Shown: positions 49,340 to 60,885, counted from the first letter of the stretch. The stretch is 64,000 bases of DNA from Bdellovibrionota bacterium (GCA_044356455.1 JBIKWF010000001.1:1-64000); one strand, 5' to 3'. A program made the numbers and translations. Notes: generated by a model from the letters alone, not told the origin.

Positions 49340-50572
49340 ATGAAAAATCTTCGTTTTCTTCTTGTCGTTTTAAGTGTGCTGCTTCTTTCTGGCTGCGACC
49401 TTCCGGTGCAGCAGCTTGGTGCTCGGGAGCGAGGCGTGGTGTTTCGGCGCCTCCCAACTTTTTTAGGTGGTGGCGTGGCGACTTCCGTGCATCCGCCAGG
49501 TGCTTTAGTGGTGGTGTGGCCTTGGGACTCTATCTACCGAATTGATACGGGAAGCCGAGATGTTTCCCTCGGTGAGGCGGGGCTTGACGGGGATCTCGCT
49601 GGCTTTGTCTTCACCAGGGCAAAGGATGGAAATGAGGTCGCGCTGCGCATGACCGTGCGCTATCGCGTGACGGACTCAGAAGATACGTTAGTGCGCCTGG
49701 TGCAGGAGGTGACGACCACGGACGAGGAGCTACAGCAGCTTATTGTGGCTGTCTCCCGTGCCTCCATTCGTCTCCATCTAAATGAGCTTAGGACTTCTGG
49801 GTTCCTTGGTGAGCAAGATAGATATAGGGCCGTGGAAAAGGTCAAGGCAGGAGTTCAGGAAGAGTTGGATACCATCCTTCCTGGTGGCGTTGAGATTATG
49901 GCGATGATGCTCGACCGCTTCGAGTTCGCGCGGCTAGGGCCAAGTGGTGAAGTCGATCGCAGTTATCAAGAAAAGCTCAACGAGGTTCTCAGATTAGTGG
50001 AGGACTCCGAGCGAGAGAGATTGCGCATTAAGACGGTCAAGGCGGAAGGTGAGCGCCGAGAATTTGAAACACAAGCTCATGTGAATCGGCTCGTGCAGGA
50101 AGCGCTTGGAGCGAAATCTCAAGCGGAAACTCGCGGTGGTTCTTACCTGACCAGCCGGGAGAACGAGGCTAAGTCGGTTCTCGCCGTGGGGAAAGCCGAA
50201 GTGCAAGGTTTAATTGAGCGTATCAATGCTCTTGAAGGCCCAGGAGGCGCGGCCATTCTTAAGCTAGAGCTTGCTAATGCGCTGCGTCAAAGCGACCCAC
50301 GTTTTGTGCTGATGGGAAGCGGTGGCACAGAGAAGGGAATTGACGTGCAGAGAACCGATACCAATGAATTAATAAATCAGCTTGGCGTTTTTGAGGCACT
50401 GAGCGCAAAGACAGGGACGGCAGCGAGCGCGGCGGTTTCGGGCACTGCGTCAGGTGCCTCTGCAAGACCGGGTTCAAGGATTGGGGAAATTGCAAAGCCC
50501 GAAGTGCGTAGCGGGGGGCAGCTCCCTTCGCCTCAAGAGAATCAAGTTGCTTCTGGCCAAGCGGGGAAATAG
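49340..50572 (+). CDS. SPFH/band-7 domain protein, predicted lipoprotein (HflK-like)
   Basis: Lipobox LSGC, ERGVVF, AKDGNEVALRMTVRYRV, coiled coil. Confidence 0.75.
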   Translation: MKNLRFLLVVLSVLLLSGCDLPVQQLGARERGVVFRRLPTFLGGGVATSVHPPGALVVVWPWDSIYRIDTGSRDVSLGEAGLDGDLAGFVFTRAKDGNEVALRMTVRYRVTDSEDTLVRLVQEVTTTDEELQQLIVAVSRASIRLHLNELRTSGFLGEQDRYRAVEKVKAGVQEELDTILPGGVEIMAMMLDRFEFARLGPSGEVDRSYQEKLNEVLRLVEDSERERLRIKTVKAEGERREFETQAHVNRLVQEALGAKSQAETRGGSYLTSRENEAKSVLAVGKAEVQGLIERINALEGPGGAAILKLELANALRQSDPRFVLMGSGGTEKGIDVQRTDTNELINQLGVFEALSAKTGTAASAAVSGTASGASARPGSRIGEIAKPEVRSGGQLPSPQENQVASGQAGK

Positions 50573-50615
50573 CCCTTGCTTTGGCGGTTGTGTTTAGAAG
50601 GTGAAAGAAAAGAGT

Positions 50616-51542
50616 ATGACAAGTAGAAAAAAAATATCGCTTGTAGGCGCAGGACAAATTGGTGGCACGCTCGCTCTTCTATGTGGGCTGAGAAATCTTG
50701 GCGACGTAGTGCTTTACGACATTGTTGACGGGATGCCGCAGGGAAAGGCGCTCGATCTTTCGCATTTAGCGCCAGTCTTCGGCTGCGATTTCACGGTGAA
50801 AGGCAGTAATAACTTGGCGGACTTGGCTGGTTCCGATGTGGTTATTGTGACCTCAGGTCTTCCTCGTAAGCCTGGGATGAGCCGTGATGATCTCGTGAAA
50901 ACGAATGCTGGCATTGTGCGTGACGTGGCAGCAGGAATTAAGAAATTTGCACCGGAGGCGTTTGTTATCGTAGTGACGAACCCTCTCGACGCCATGGCGT
51001 ACTTGATGCAAAAGGAAACTGGTATTCCGAGCAATCGAGTCGTCGGTATGGCAGGTGTGCTTGATACGGCGCGCTATCAAGCCTTCTTGGCAGAAGCACT
51101 CGGTGTCTCCGTGCAGTCCGTCTCAGCTTTCGTGCTCGGCGGCCATGGCGATGACATGGTGCCGGTGCGTTCGTTTACGACCTGCAATGGAATCCCTGTT
51201 GAGAAGTTGCTCGCTTCGGACAAGCTTGATGCTCTAGAAAAGCGCGTTCGTGGGGCGGGAGGAGAGGTGGTCGCCCTTCTTAAAACAGGCTCAGCTTTCT
51301 ATTCTCCCGCAGCTTCAGCTATTCAGATGGCCGAGGCGTATCTCTTTGACCAGAAGCGAGTGCTCGCCGCAGCGGTGCACTGCACCGGCCAGTACGGAGT
51401 AAAGGATATTTACCTCGGACTGCCTGTGGTGATGGGGAAGAATGGCGTGGAGAAGATTCTTGAAATTGAACTTACGCAGAAAGAAAAAGAAGCGCTGCAC
51501 CAGAGCGCGGGACGGGTCAAGGAACTCATTGCGATACTGTAG
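50616..51542 (+). CDS. mdh: Malate dehydrogenase (LDH-like)
   Basis: [34 protein letters not shown]. Confidence 0.95.
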   Translation: MTSRKKISLVGAGQIGGTLALLCGLRNLGDVVLYDIVDGMPQGKALDLSHLAPVFGCDFTVKGSNNLADLAGSDVVIVTSGLPRKPGMSRDDLVKTNAGIVRDVAAGIKKFAPEAFVIVVTNPLDAMAYLMQKETGIPSNRVVGMAGVLDTARYQAFLAEALGVSVQSVSAFVLGGHGDDMVPVRSFTTCNGIPVEKLLASDKLDALEKRVRGAGGEVVALLKTGSAFYSPAASAIQMAEAYLFDQKRVLAAAVHCTGQYGVKDIYLGLPVVMGKNGVEKILEIELTQKEKEALHQSAGRVKELIAIL

Positions 51543-51558
51543 CGTTGTTCCTAGAGCA

Positions 51559-51654
51559 CCGTGTTCTTTTGTTCCGGTGTTCTTTTGTTTCGGTGTTCCT
51601 TTATTCTGGAGTTCTTTTATCCAGGGGTTCTTGTTCTCGGGATTCCTTTGACAC
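51559..51654. repeat. Degenerate tandem repeat, 6 x 16 bp
   Basis: Units such as CGGTGTTCTTTTGTTT, CGGTGTTCCTTTATTC, TGGAGTTCTTTTATCC in exact 16-nt phase. Confidence 0.7.
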
Positions 51655-51777
51655 GGAGCTTTTTTAGGCTGTGTGTTGATAGAAATGTGCGCGGGGAGCC
51701 GAGCGTTAGAGCCGGTAGTTTCGGCTTCTAGTTCAAGGCTTGGTTCCCCGCGAAGGTTAAGTACAGGACTTAAGACT

Positions 51778-52527
51778 ATGAGTGGAGTAGGGGCTTTTTA
51801 CCATTCAAGCCTAGGCAAAAAAGTCATTATGGCGCTCACCGGCGCGGTGATGGTGCTGTTTGTCGTGAGCCATATGGCCGGGAATCTCAAGATTTTTCTC
51901 GGTACCGATAGCCTTCATGGCGGTTACGCCATTGATGTCTATGCAGAGCACTTGAGAGCAATCGGAGAGGATATTTTAGGGCGAGGGAACTTTCTGTGGC
52001 TTGCACGGATAGGGCTCGTGTTAGCAGTAGTGCTGCACGTCATGGCGGCGCTGCAACTACGCGCGATCAATGTGCGCGCAAAGCCCGTGAACTACCACGT
52101 GAACAACTACCGTTCTGCCACGCTCGCTTCGCGAGGAATGTTGTGGGGGGGGAGACTGCTCTTTCTCTTTATCGTTCTCCATATCCTGCACTTTACTACG
52201 GGTCATGTGCACCTCGACGGCTTTGTTGAGGGTAAGGTGTATACCAACGTGTATGCAGCCTTCCAGCATTGGTATTGGACCGCGTTTTATGTCGCAGCCA
52301 TGGCGGGCCTTGGCCTCCATCTGTATCACGGCACATGGAGCATGCTGCAGACGCTTGGAATTGATGTCCCTCGCTGGAATTGCACGCTGCGTCTTCTTGC
52401 GAAGGTCGTGGCGATAGGAGTTTTTGTGGGGTTTGTTTCTGTTCCTCTTGCGATCTTCGCAGGCGTGCTCCCTGCTCCGGCCAGCGGTTCGGTGGTTGCC
52501 GAACTGCCGGTGTCCGTGTCCCGCTAA
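51778..52527 (+). CDS. sdhC: Succinate dehydrogenase cytochrome b subunit
   Basis: SSLGKKVIMALTG, HMAGNL, HILHF, HLYHG. Confidence 0.9.
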   Translation: MSGVGAFYHSSLGKKVIMALTGAVMVLFVVSHMAGNLKIFLGTDSLHGGYAIDVYAEHLRAIGEDILGRGNFLWLARIGLVLAVVLHVMAALQLRAINVRAKPVNYHVNNYRSATLASRGMLWGGRLLFLFIVLHILHFTTGHVHLDGFVEGKVYTNVYAAFQHWYWTAFYVAAMAGLGLHLYHGTWSMLQTLGIDVPRWNCTLRLLAKVVAIGVFVGFVSVPLAIFAGVLPAPASGSVVAELPVSVSR

Positions 52528-52557
52528 CCTTTTGTCCTCCGCTCCCAGGAGATTTGT

Positions 52558-54471
52558 ATGTTGCAGCTTGATAGTAAAATCCCTTCAGGGCCCATTGAAA
52601 AGAAATGGGATAAGCATCGCTTTGAAATGAAATTGGTAAACCCTGCGAACAAGCGAAAATATCGCGTTATCGTGGTGGGTTCTGGGCTTGCGGGAGCTTC
52701 GGCTGCTGCAACACTTTCAGAGCTAGGCTACGAGGTGCTGTGTTTTTGCTTCCAGGATAGTCCTCGGCGTGCGCACAGTATTGCAGCCCAGGGCGGAATT
52801 AACGCCGCTAAGAATTACCAAAATGACGGCGACAGTGTTCAGCGTCTCTTTTATGACACCGTAAAGGGAGGAGACTTTCGCGCACGGGAGGCGAATGTGT
52901 ATCGCCTTGCGCAGGTAAGCGTAAACATCATCGATCAATGCGTCGCCCAAGGGGTGCCTTTCGCTCGCGAATACGGCGGATTGCTTGCGAATCGTTCCTT
53001 CGGTGGAGCGCAGGTTTCGCGTACGTTTTATGCGCGCGGTCAAACGGGACAGCAACTTCTGCTTGGGGCTTACCAAGCACTCGAGAAACAGATTGCCGCG
53101 GGTGGCGTGAAGATGTTTCCGCGCACAGAGATGCTAGATGTGGTGCTCGTTGATGGGAAAGCGCGCGGCATTGTCGTGCGCGACCTTGTTACGGGGAAGA
53201 TCTCCTCCTACGCGGCGGATGCGGTCGTGCTTGGAACAGGCGGCTATTCGAATGTGTTTTTCCTTTCCACGAACGCCAAAGGTTGTAACGTCACGGCAAC
53301 GTGGCGTGCGTATAAGCGCGGCGCGGGATTTGCCAATCCCTGCTTCACGCAGATTCATCCCACGTGCATTCCTGTCTCGGGAGACCATCAGTCGAAGCTT
53401 ACCTTGATGAGTGAATCTCTGCGTAATGATGGACGGATCTGGGTGCCGAAACAAAAAGGCGATGAAAGGTCGGCTCGCAATATTCCAGAAGCAGAGAGAG
53501 ATTATTATCTTGAGCGGATATACCCGAGTTTCGGGAATCTAAGTCCGCGTGATATTGCGTCTCGCGCCGCAAAGCGTATGTGCGACGACGGGCACGGCGT
53601 GGGCCCAGGACGCCAGGGGGTGTTTCTCGATTTTGCGGATGCGATTAAACGGCTTGGCCTCTCAAAAATTCAAGAACGCTACGGGAATCTTTTTGATATC
53701 TATAAGCTCATCACGGGAGAAAATCCGTATGAGACACCAATGCGTATCTACCCCGCTCCGCATTATACGATGGGGGGATTGTGGGTGGACTACAACCTCA
53801 TGACCAATATCCCGGGACTTTTCGCCATAGGCGAGGCAAACTTCTCGGATCACGGCGCAAATAGATTGGGAGCAAGTGCTCTGATGCAAGGATTGGCGGA
53901 CGGGTACTTCGTCTTGCCTTACACCATCGGTGACTACCTTGCTCATCATAAGACGGATGGACTGAAATCCGATCATGCTGCCTTTCAGTCGGCCGAGTCA
54001 GAGTTAGAGTCCGGAATAAAGAAGCTACTCTCCATAAACGGAAAGCGAACTGTCGATTCATTCCACCGCGAACTTGGACGGTTGATGTGGGATAAATGTG
54101 GAATGTCACGCGACCGTGCAGGTCTTGAGTTTGCGCTTCAAAAAATCCCCGCCATTCGTGAGGAGTTCTGGGCGAACGTCAAGGTTCCTGGGCAGGGTAC
54201 GTCTCTTAATCAGGAGCTTGAGAAGGCGGGCCGCGTGGCTGATTTTCTCGAATTTGGAGAAGTCATGTGCCTTGATGCGCTTACCCGTGAGGAGTCCTGT
54301 GGTGGGCACTTTAGGGAGGAGTATCAGACTCCCGAAGGTGAAGCGCTTCGCAACGACGAGCAGTACTGCAGCGGATTCATTTGGAGCAAAAATGGGGACA
54401 GCCGTCCACATTTAACCAAAGAGCCCCTCCAATTTGAAAACGTAAAATTGGCGCAAAGAAGCTACAAGTAA
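52558..54471 (+). CDS. sdhA: Succinate dehydrogenase/fumarate reductase flavoprotein
   Basis: [38 protein letters not shown]. Confidence 0.95.
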   Translation: MLQLDSKIPSGPIEKKWDKHRFEMKLVNPANKRKYRVIVVGSGLAGASAAATLSELGYEVLCFCFQDSPRRAHSIAAQGGINAAKNYQNDGDSVQRLFYDTVKGGDFRAREANVYRLAQVSVNIIDQCVAQGVPFAREYGGLLANRSFGGAQVSRTFYARGQTGQQLLLGAYQALEKQIAAGGVKMFPRTEMLDVVLVDGKARGIVVRDLVTGKISSYAADAVVLGTGGYSNVFFLSTNAKGCNVTATWRAYKRGAGFANPCFTQIHPTCIPVSGDHQSKLTLMSESLRNDGRIWVPKQKGDERSARNIPEAERDYYLERIYPSFGNLSPRDIASRAAKRMCDDGHGVGPGRQGVFLDFADAIKRLGLSKIQERYGNLFDIYKLITGENPYETPMRIYPAPHYTMGGLWVDYNLMTNIPGLFAIGEANFSDHGANRLGASALMQGLADGYFVLPYTIGDYLAHHKTDGLKSDHAAFQSAESELESGIKKLLSINGKRTVDSFHRELGRLMWDKCGMSRDRAGLEFALQKIPAIREEFWANVKVPGQGTSLNQELEKAGRVADFLEFGEVMCLDALTREESCGGHFREEYQTPEGEALRNDEQYCSGFIWSKNGDSRPHLTKEPLQFENVKLAQRSYK

Positions 54472-54495
54472 TAGGAAGCTACCAGTGAGGAGTGT

Positions 54496-55272
54496 ATGAA
54501 GTTAACTCTCTACGTATGGCGTCAGAAATCAAAGAGCGATGCCGGCGCATTTGTGCGCTATGAGGCGACTGATGTTTCGCCCGATATGTCGTTTCTTGAA
54601 ATGCTTGATGTGGTGAATGAAGGCCTGATCAAGAAGGGCGAGGAGCCGATTGCGTTCGAACATGATTGCCGCGAAGGAATTTGTGGCTCGTGCGCCATGG
54701 CCATCAATGGTCAGCCGCATGGACCTCAGAAGAAGGCGACAACCTGTCAGCTGCATATGCGCAAATTTAAGGACGGGGATTCTCTCTACGTGGAGCCCTG
54801 GCGCGCGAGTGCATTTCCTGTGCTGAGAGACCTTGTGGTCGATAGAAGTCCTTTCGACCGAATTATTCAGGCAGGAGGATTTGTTTCAGTGAACACGGGG
54901 CAGGCCGTGGATGCGAATTCTATTCCAATCCAGAAGGATGTGGCGGACGCGGCCATGGATGCGGCCGAATGTATCGGCTGCGGCGCGTGCGTCGCTGCCT
55001 GCCCCAATGGATCGGCCATGTTGTTTACCGCTGCGAAAGTTGCGCACCTTGGGCTACTCGCCCAGGGTCAGCCAGAGCGCAATAAGCGCGTACTGGCCAT
55101 GGTGCAGCAAATGGACAAAGAGAACTTTGGTGGGTGCACAAATCACGGTGAATGCCAGGAGGCGTGCCCCAAAGGAATTAGTATTAAATGGATCGCTCGA
55201 ATGAACCGCGACTACCTTGCGGCGCATTGGGACGAAGCTCGTGGAGTGAAAGGAGAGGTAAAGGCACAATGA
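54496..55272 (+). CDS. sdhB: Succinate dehydrogenase iron-sulfur subunit
   Basis: [32 protein letters not shown]. Confidence 0.95.
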   Translation: MKLTLYVWRQKSKSDAGAFVRYEATDVSPDMSFLEMLDVVNEGLIKKGEEPIAFEHDCREGICGSCAMAINGQPHGPQKKATTCQLHMRKFKDGDSLYVEPWRASAFPVLRDLVVDRSPFDRIIQAGGFVSVNTGQAVDANSIPIQKDVADAAMDAAECIGCGACVAACPNGSAMLFTAAKVAHLGLLAQGQPERNKRVLAMVQQMDKENFGGCTNHGECQEACPKGISIKWIARMNRDYLAAHWDEARGVKGEVKAQ

Positions 55273-56435
55273 ATTTGCACGAATATCAATCAAAAGCGCT
55301 CATGGCGGCGCACGGATTGCCTATCCTAAAGGGCTTTCTCTGTTATACGCCTGGTGAGGTCGAAGCGGCTGCGGATCAACTTGGCGGCGGAATTTGCGTC
55401 GTCAAGGCGCAGGTGCATGCAGGTGGTCGGGGAAAGGGAGGCGGCGTGAAGCTTGCGAAGTCCGCCGCTGAGGCTAGGGCTCACGGCGAGAAGATTCTCG
55501 GCATGAAACTGGTGACCCCGCAAACTGGTCCCCAGGGGAAAAAAGTTAGCAAGGTGTATGTAGAAGCGGGCTGCAATATCGACCGTGAATTCTACGTGAG
55601 CCTGCTCGTGGACCGCGCCAGCAAGTGTGTCTCGATTATTGCGTCAACTGAGGGCGGCATGGAAATCGAGGAAGTGGCGGCGCATCACCCAGAGAAGATT
55701 GTTAAGATTAGAGTTGACCCACGCGTAGGCCTGCAGCTTTTTCAATGCACCGAACTTGGTCTCAAGCTGGGACTTGACGTTGAAAAGGGACGAGATCTTT
55801 CAAGGATTCTTGGCGGACTCTATGAAGTCTTTATGCGAAGCGATTTGTCGCTTGTGGAGATAAATCCGCTGGTCCTTACCAAGGATGGTCACTTCGTCAT
55901 TTTGGACGCCAAATGCGCGGTGGAAGATAACGCGCTATTCCGGCAGCCTCGCCTACGTGCGCTGCAGGATTATGACGAGATGGACCCGAAGGATTTGCGC
56001 GCTGGAAAGGCGAATTTGAGCTACGTGGCTCTTGAGGGCAGCATTGGGTGCATGGTCAATGGCGCCGGCTTGGCAATGGCGACGCTTGATATCATCAAGG
56101 CCTATGGTGGAGAGCCCGCCAATTTCCTTGATGTGGGTGGTGGAGCCTCGAAGGAAACAGTGACTGAAGCCTTTAGGATTCTGCTTTCTGATAATCAGGT
56201 TAAGGGAATTCTGATTAACATCTTCGGCGGTATCATGAAGTGCGATGTGATCGCCTCCGGCATTGTTGAAGCAGCGAAGGAGCTTGGAGTTAAAGTTCCG
56301 CTTGTCGTGCGTCTGCAAGGCACGAACAAGGAGCTTGGCCGTAAGATTCTATCCGAGTCGGGGCTCAAGATTGTACCTGCCGAATCGATGGCAGATGCGG
56401 GCAGAGAGATAGTTAAGGCAGTGAAGGGGAGTTAA
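55269..56435 (+). CDS. sucC: Succinyl-CoA synthetase beta subunit
   Basis: [42 protein letters not shown] overlap with sdhB. Confidence 0.96.
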   Translation: MNLHEYQSKALMAAHGLPILKGFLCYTPGEVEAAADQLGGGICVVKAQVHAGGRGKGGGVKLAKSAAEARAHGEKILGMKLVTPQTGPQGKKVSKVYVEAGCNIDREFYVSLLVDRASKCVSIIASTEGGMEIEEVAAHHPEKIVKIRVDPRVGLQLFQCTELGLKLGLDVEKGRDLSRILGGLYEVFMRSDLSLVEINPLVLTKDGHFVILDAKCAVEDNALFRQPRLRALQDYDEMDPKDLRAGKANLSYVALEGSIGCMVNGAGLAMATLDIIKAYGGEPANFLDVGGGASKETVTEAFRILLSDNQVKGILINIFGGIMKCDVIASGIVEAAKELGVKVPLVVRLQGTNKELGRKILSESGLKIVPAESMADAGREIVKAVKGS

Positions 56436-56439
56436 GCTC

Positions 56440-57315
56440 ATGAGTGTTCTTGTAAATAAACAAACGCGCGTCATTACCCAGGGAATGACCGGAAAAAGCG
56501 GCTCCTTTCATACCAAGGCGTGTAAGGAGTACGGCACGCAGATGGTGGCCGGAGTGGGGCCAGGGAAAAGAGGCCAGAGTTTTGAGGGGATTCCTCTCTA
56601 CAACACCGTGCGAGAAGCAAAGCATGAGACGGGAGGTAACGTGAGCGTGATATACGTTCCCGCGCCTTTTGCCGCCGATGCAATACTTGAGGCGGTGGAT
56701 GCGGATCTCGACCTCGTGGTGTGTATTACCGAGGGCATTCCTGTGCTCGACATGCTTAAGGTGAACGCCGCTATGCAAGGCAAGCGCACCCGCCTGATCG
56801 GACCAAACTGCCCTGGGATTATTACGCCAGGGGAGTGCAAGATTGGAATTATGCCTGGGTTTATCCACAAACCAGGTGGTCCCGTTGGAGTCGTATCTCG
56901 CAGCGGCACTCTTACCTATGAGGCGGTCTTTCAGCTCACCGAGCTTGGCATTGGTCAGACCACCTGTATCGGAATTGGTGGGGACCCGCTGAATGGTACG
57001 AACTTCATCGATTGTCTAAAGCTTTTTAATGAAGATAAAGCTACCGAATCAGTGGTCATGATCGGCGAAATCGGCGGAGATGCAGAGGAAGAAGCAGCCA
57101 AGTGGGTTAAGGCCAATATGAAGAAGCCCGTGGTAGGGTTTGTTGCTGGTTCTACGGCTCCTCCTGGACGCCGCATGGGACACGCGGGTGCTATCGTGAG
57201 CGGCGGTTCAGGCACGGCGGCTGCGAAATTCAACGCTTTTGAAGAGGCTGGCATTTTTGTCTCTCGTTCACCTGCCGAGATTGGCAAGCGAATGAAAGAG
57301 GCCATGCGGATCTGA
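56440..57315 (+). CDS. sucD: Succinyl-CoA synthetase alpha subunit
   Basis: [22 protein letters not shown]. Confidence 0.96.
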   Translation: MSVLVNKQTRVITQGMTGKSGSFHTKACKEYGTQMVAGVGPGKRGQSFEGIPLYNTVREAKHETGGNVSVIYVPAPFAADAILEAVDADLDLVVCITEGIPVLDMLKVNAAMQGKRTRLIGPNCPGIITPGECKIGIMPGFIHKPGGPVGVVSRSGTLTYEAVFQLTELGIGQTTCIGIGGDPLNGTNFIDCLKLFNEDKATESVVMIGEIGGDAEEEAAKWVKANMKKPVVGFVAGSTAPPGRRMGHAGAIVSGGSGTAAAKFNAFEEAGIFVSRSPAEIGKRMKEAMRI

Positions 57316-57353
57316 GCTCCGGGGTGTTTCGAAGCGCTTGACAGGTACATGGA

Positions 57354-58628
57354 ATGCCCATGAGTAAGAAACTTTTTGAGCGCCTTCTGTTTACCGGTTG
57401 CGCTCCGCGCACCCTTCTCGATGTGGGAGCGCACGTAGGTACTTTCAGCAAGATGGTGCGGGAAGTCTTGCCTACGTGCATTCCCACGTTGATTGAACCC
57501 AATCCTTTCTGTCACGAGGATCTTGCGAAGCTTCCTTTCGAAAGCTTTGGGGTCGCTGCCTCTTCGAAGAATGGCAGGGGGCAATTGTTTCTTACCAAAG
57601 AGTGGTTGCAGTCGACGGGGGCTTCTCTCTTTCGAGAGAACACGGCGGCCTTTCGTGACGAGGTCGTAGTCGAGCACCCTGTGGAGACCGTCAGGCTTGA
57701 CGATCTTCTGAAAGGGCGGCGCTTCGATTTTGTGAAAATTGACACACAAGGCGCCGAATTGGAGGTGATCCTTGGGGCGCCCCACATTATAAGCCGTGCC
57801 GAGCATGTGCTCATTGAGATGTCTCTCACTGAGTATAATAAGGGTGGTGCATGGCCCGAGGCGGTGTATGCCGCAATGCGGGAGCTTGGCTTTCAGGTTG
57901 CAGAAATTGCAGAGTTCCACCGCCCCAATGGCGGAGCGCTCGTTCAGCTCGACTTGCTTTTTGAACGAGCGGTGAAGCGTCCACGACAAAGTTTTAGGTA
58001 TTCCCCCTTAAACGATCACGCCCCTGTGCTTGAGTATCTTGGGCATATGCGGCATCGCAACCCTGAGTTTTCGGTTATCGATGTGGGCGCCGCGGCGAAT
58101 TCTTGGTCTGCGCCAGTTCTTGATGCCACGTTGGATCTTAATGACTGCGCTGCTGCGCCCTTACATTTTAGAGGCAACGTTAATGACGTGCGAAGCTGGG
58201 ACCGGGTTTTAGAGCACGTTTCCCGTCATGGACGCTTCTCGTTTTGTATTTGCTCGCATACGCTCGAAGATATTGCCTATCCTGCTGTTGCATTAGAAAT
58301 GATGCCTCGAATTGCTGATGCCGGATATGTTGCGGTTCCTTCAAGGTATCTGGAGAGCATTCGGCCAGAGGCACCGTACCGCGGATACATTCATCATCGC
58401 TGGGTATTTGACGCGGTTGATGACAAGCTTACGCTCGCGCCCAAGATTCCGCTGCTCGATTTTCTCACCTTTGCTCATGAAGCGGACTGGGCGAAAGCGC
58501 CCGAGCGCTTCCAGTTTCAGCTCTTTTGGCGTGGCGGTATTGAGTTCTCGGTGCTTAATGGCGACTACCTTGGGCCCAATAAGGATGCGGTAGTTGAAAT
58601 GTATACCAACTTCTTCGGCCGGCCTTAG
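57354..58628 (+). CDS. FkbM-family methyltransferase fused to a second SAM-dependent methyltransferase-like domain
   Basis: LDVGAHVG, IEPN, KIDTQGAE; second domain IDVGAA, CSHTLED, HHRW. Confidence 0.8.
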   Translation: MPMSKKLFERLLFTGCAPRTLLDVGAHVGTFSKMVREVLPTCIPTLIEPNPFCHEDLAKLPFESFGVAASSKNGRGQLFLTKEWLQSTGASLFRENTAAFRDEVVVEHPVETVRLDDLLKGRRFDFVKIDTQGAELEVILGAPHIISRAEHVLIEMSLTEYNKGGAWPEAVYAAMRELGFQVAEIAEFHRPNGGALVQLDLLFERAVKRPRQSFRYSPLNDHAPVLEYLGHMRHRNPEFSVIDVGAAANSWSAPVLDATLDLNDCAAAPLHFRGNVNDVRSWDRVLEHVSRHGRFSFCICSHTLEDIAYPAVALEMMPRIADAGYVAVPSRYLESIRPEAPYRGYIHHRWVFDAVDDKLTLAPKIPLLDFLTFAHEADWAKAPERFQFQLFWRGGIEFSVLNGDYLGPNKDAVVEMYTNFFGRP

Positions 58629-58762
58629 GCAGCCCCTGTAACACCTAGATATTTTATTTCTTTCCCTCCGTGTTCTCTGTGCCCTCTGTGGTTTTTCAAC
58701 AATTTAAATCAACCACAGAGAGCGCAGAGTTCACAGAGGAGATTTTTTCAGAGCTTCCCTAG
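58625..58762. mobile_element. MITE-like element, type C
   Basis: TTAG-GCAGCCCCTGTAA ... TTTTTCAGAGCTTCC-CTAG; interior closely similar to the 41199 copy; left flank is the FkbM stop. Confidence 0.88.
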
Positions 58763-59031
58763 CTATAGAGCGCCCCTCAATCGCAGTCATATCAGGCAGT
58801 TTGGCACACTCTGAACGCTTATCTGAATGCTTGGGTGAATGTGTCACGTTGACTTTGCGGATCTGAGAAGATAACTAAGTGGGCTGCCCTTCTTTCTCTC
58901 AAATCTTCTTTATCGCTGTTTCTTTGCAGCGCTCCGAGTTCTGCGCTTCCTGAGCTTGATTGCTTCAGAAGCCGCGTGGCGAGCGTTCCGCTTTAGTGAA
59001 GCGGGAGAGGGAGGGGGGCTGTGGAGTCTCT

Positions 59032-60885
59032 ATGAGTGTTGTGCGTAGCCGTAACCCGCTTGTCCATCTCGCTGCCATGTTGTGGCGCTACTCCGCGGGT
59101 AGCCACGGCAAGGTGGTGTTTTATGTATCACTTTCCATCGCCTCAGTTCTCGTGAGCCTCCTTTCACCGCTCATCATGGCTCGCGCCATGAATGCAATTC
59201 AGCAAGGCGGGGGATATCCGATGCTGAAAGAAGTGGGGCTGCTCCTCGGTGCGTGGATTTTGGTGGGATTTCTCTTTTGGGCATTGCATGGTCCAAGCCG
59301 GGTAATTGAAACAGCCAATGCGTTTGAGGCAAAGCGCGCCTTTCAAGTGGACTTGTTTCACAAAGTCGTGTCTCTCCCTATGCGCTGGCAAAAAGAGCAC
59401 CATTCCGGCGAAATAATTGATCAGGTTGCTCGTGCTACCACAGCTCTTGGGGAATTTGGTGAACAGAGTTTTGAGGTAATCCACCTTCTCACGCGCTTTG
59501 TTGGGGCCTGCGCGGTGCTAAGTTTTTTTATGCCGAGTGCGGGCCTTGCCGTGGCGGCTGCCACCGTGATGGTGATCGGTAGTATCTTGCTCTTCGATAA
59601 AAGACTCGTGCGGCAGTATCAAGAGTTGAATCGGCGTTCAAACGCGATTGCGGCTGCCGTGCAAGATTATCTAACCAATGTAGCTACCGTAATAAGCCTG
59701 CGCCTTGAGCCGCGCGTAACTCGTGAGATTCAAGAGCGCCTTGAGAAGGTAGCTCCGTTAGTCAGACAGAACTCAATTCTTAATGAACTAAAATGGGCTA
59801 CCACGAGCCGCCTGATCGATTTCACCCAGGCCCTTGTCATCATGGGATTTCTCTTCGCAGCGCTTCGTACGGAAAGCGCGGTAGAGGTGGGAACTGTCTA
59901 CGCGCTGATTGAGTATTTAAGATCAATTGGCGATTCCTTTTTCCAGTTCACCGGTCGTTACGGGGATCTGGTAATCAAAAGTACGCGCGTCAGAGGAGCA
60001 GAGCATATCGAGGATGCGTTTGAGCAAGAAGTGCGAGGATCGGATCGCGCGGCCCTCCCACGTGCGTGGAAGTCTCTTGAACTCTCTGGGCTCTCTTTTT
60101 CGCATCAGGGGCTCGTAGGGCAGGCGCTTGCGGAATCGGCTCTTGACCAGAATGGTGACGGGCCAAAGATTCCTGTCGAAGCATGTCAGATTCAAGGAGT
60201 GAACCTGACTCTTGCGAGGGGACGCTCCTATGCGTTTGTAGGTGAAAGCGGCAGCGGAAAAAGCACAGTGCTTGGACTTATTAGAGGTCTTCATGCGGCG
60301 AATTCTTGCTCAGTTCTTTGTGACGGTGTGGCCTTGCCCTTTGGGCTTGCGCACGTTGCCCATTCGGCGACCCTCATTCCCCAAGACCCAGAAATATTCT
60401 CGGACTCGGTTCGATTTAACATCACTCTTGGGGTTTCCACAGGCGATGAGGCGGTGCTCCGCGCCATGCGCCTTGCGAGATTCGAGCAAGTGCTTGAGCG
60501 CTTACCGCGGGGCTTAGAGACCAGTATCGGTGAGAAGGGCGTTAATTTAAGCGGGGGCGAGAAACAGCGCCTTGCGCTCGCACGTGGACTTTTTTTTGCT
60601 GAAGAAAGCGAATCTGACATTGTGCTTCTTGATGAGCCCACAAGTAGCGTCGATATTCTCAACGAAAAGCTCATTTACGAACAGCTCTTGTCGGCGTTCC
60701 GGGGGCGCTGCGTGGTCTCCGCTATTCATAAGTTTAATCTCCTGCATCTCTTTGATGAGATAATTGTCTTTGCGGGGGGACGAGTGGTCCAGCGCGGAAC
60801 TGTAGCTGCGTTATTGGAGCAGGAAGGAGAGTTTGCGCGAATGTGGAGGATGTTTTCTGAGGCGGATGCAGAGCAGGCGGGCTAG
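59032..60885 (+). CDS. ABC exporter, fused permease/ATPase
   Basis: TM domain, GESGSGKS, LSGGEKQRLALARG, LLDEPTS. Confidence 0.9.
   Translation: MSVVRSRNPLVHLAAMLWRYSAGSHGKVVFYVSLSIASVLVSLLSPLIMARAMNAIQQGGGYPMLKEVGLLLGAWILVGFLFWALHGPSRVIETANAFEAKRAFQVDLFHKVVSLPMRWQKEHHSGEIIDQVARATTALGEFGEQSFEVIHLLTRFVGACAVLSFFMPSAGLAVAAATVMVIGSILLFDKRLVRQYQELNRRSNAIAAAVQDYLTNVATVISLRLEPRVTREIQERLEKVAPLVRQNSILNELKWATTSRLIDFTQALVIMGFLFAALRTESAVEVGTVYALIEYLRSIGDSFFQFTGRYGDLVIKSTRVRGAEHIEDAFEQEVRGSDRAALPRAWKSLELSGLSFSHQGLVGQALAESALDQNGDGPKIPVEACQIQGVNLTLARGRSYAFVGESGSGKSTVLGLIRGLHAANSCSVLCDGVALPFGLAHVAHSATLIPQDPEIFSDSVRFNITLGVSTGDEAVLRAMRLARFEQVLERLPRGLETSIGEKGVNLSGGEKQRLALARGLFFAEESESDIVLLDEPTSSVDILNEKLIYEQLLSAFRGRCVVSAIHKFNLLHLFDEIIVFAGGRVVQRGTVAALLEQEGEFARMWRMFSEADAEQAG

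Noticed and set aside
56955..57989. 344-aa minus-strand ORF (and similar shadows such as 36490-37125, 13305-13904, 28710-29297)
   Set aside because: Antisense to clearly identified genes; no recognisable motifs
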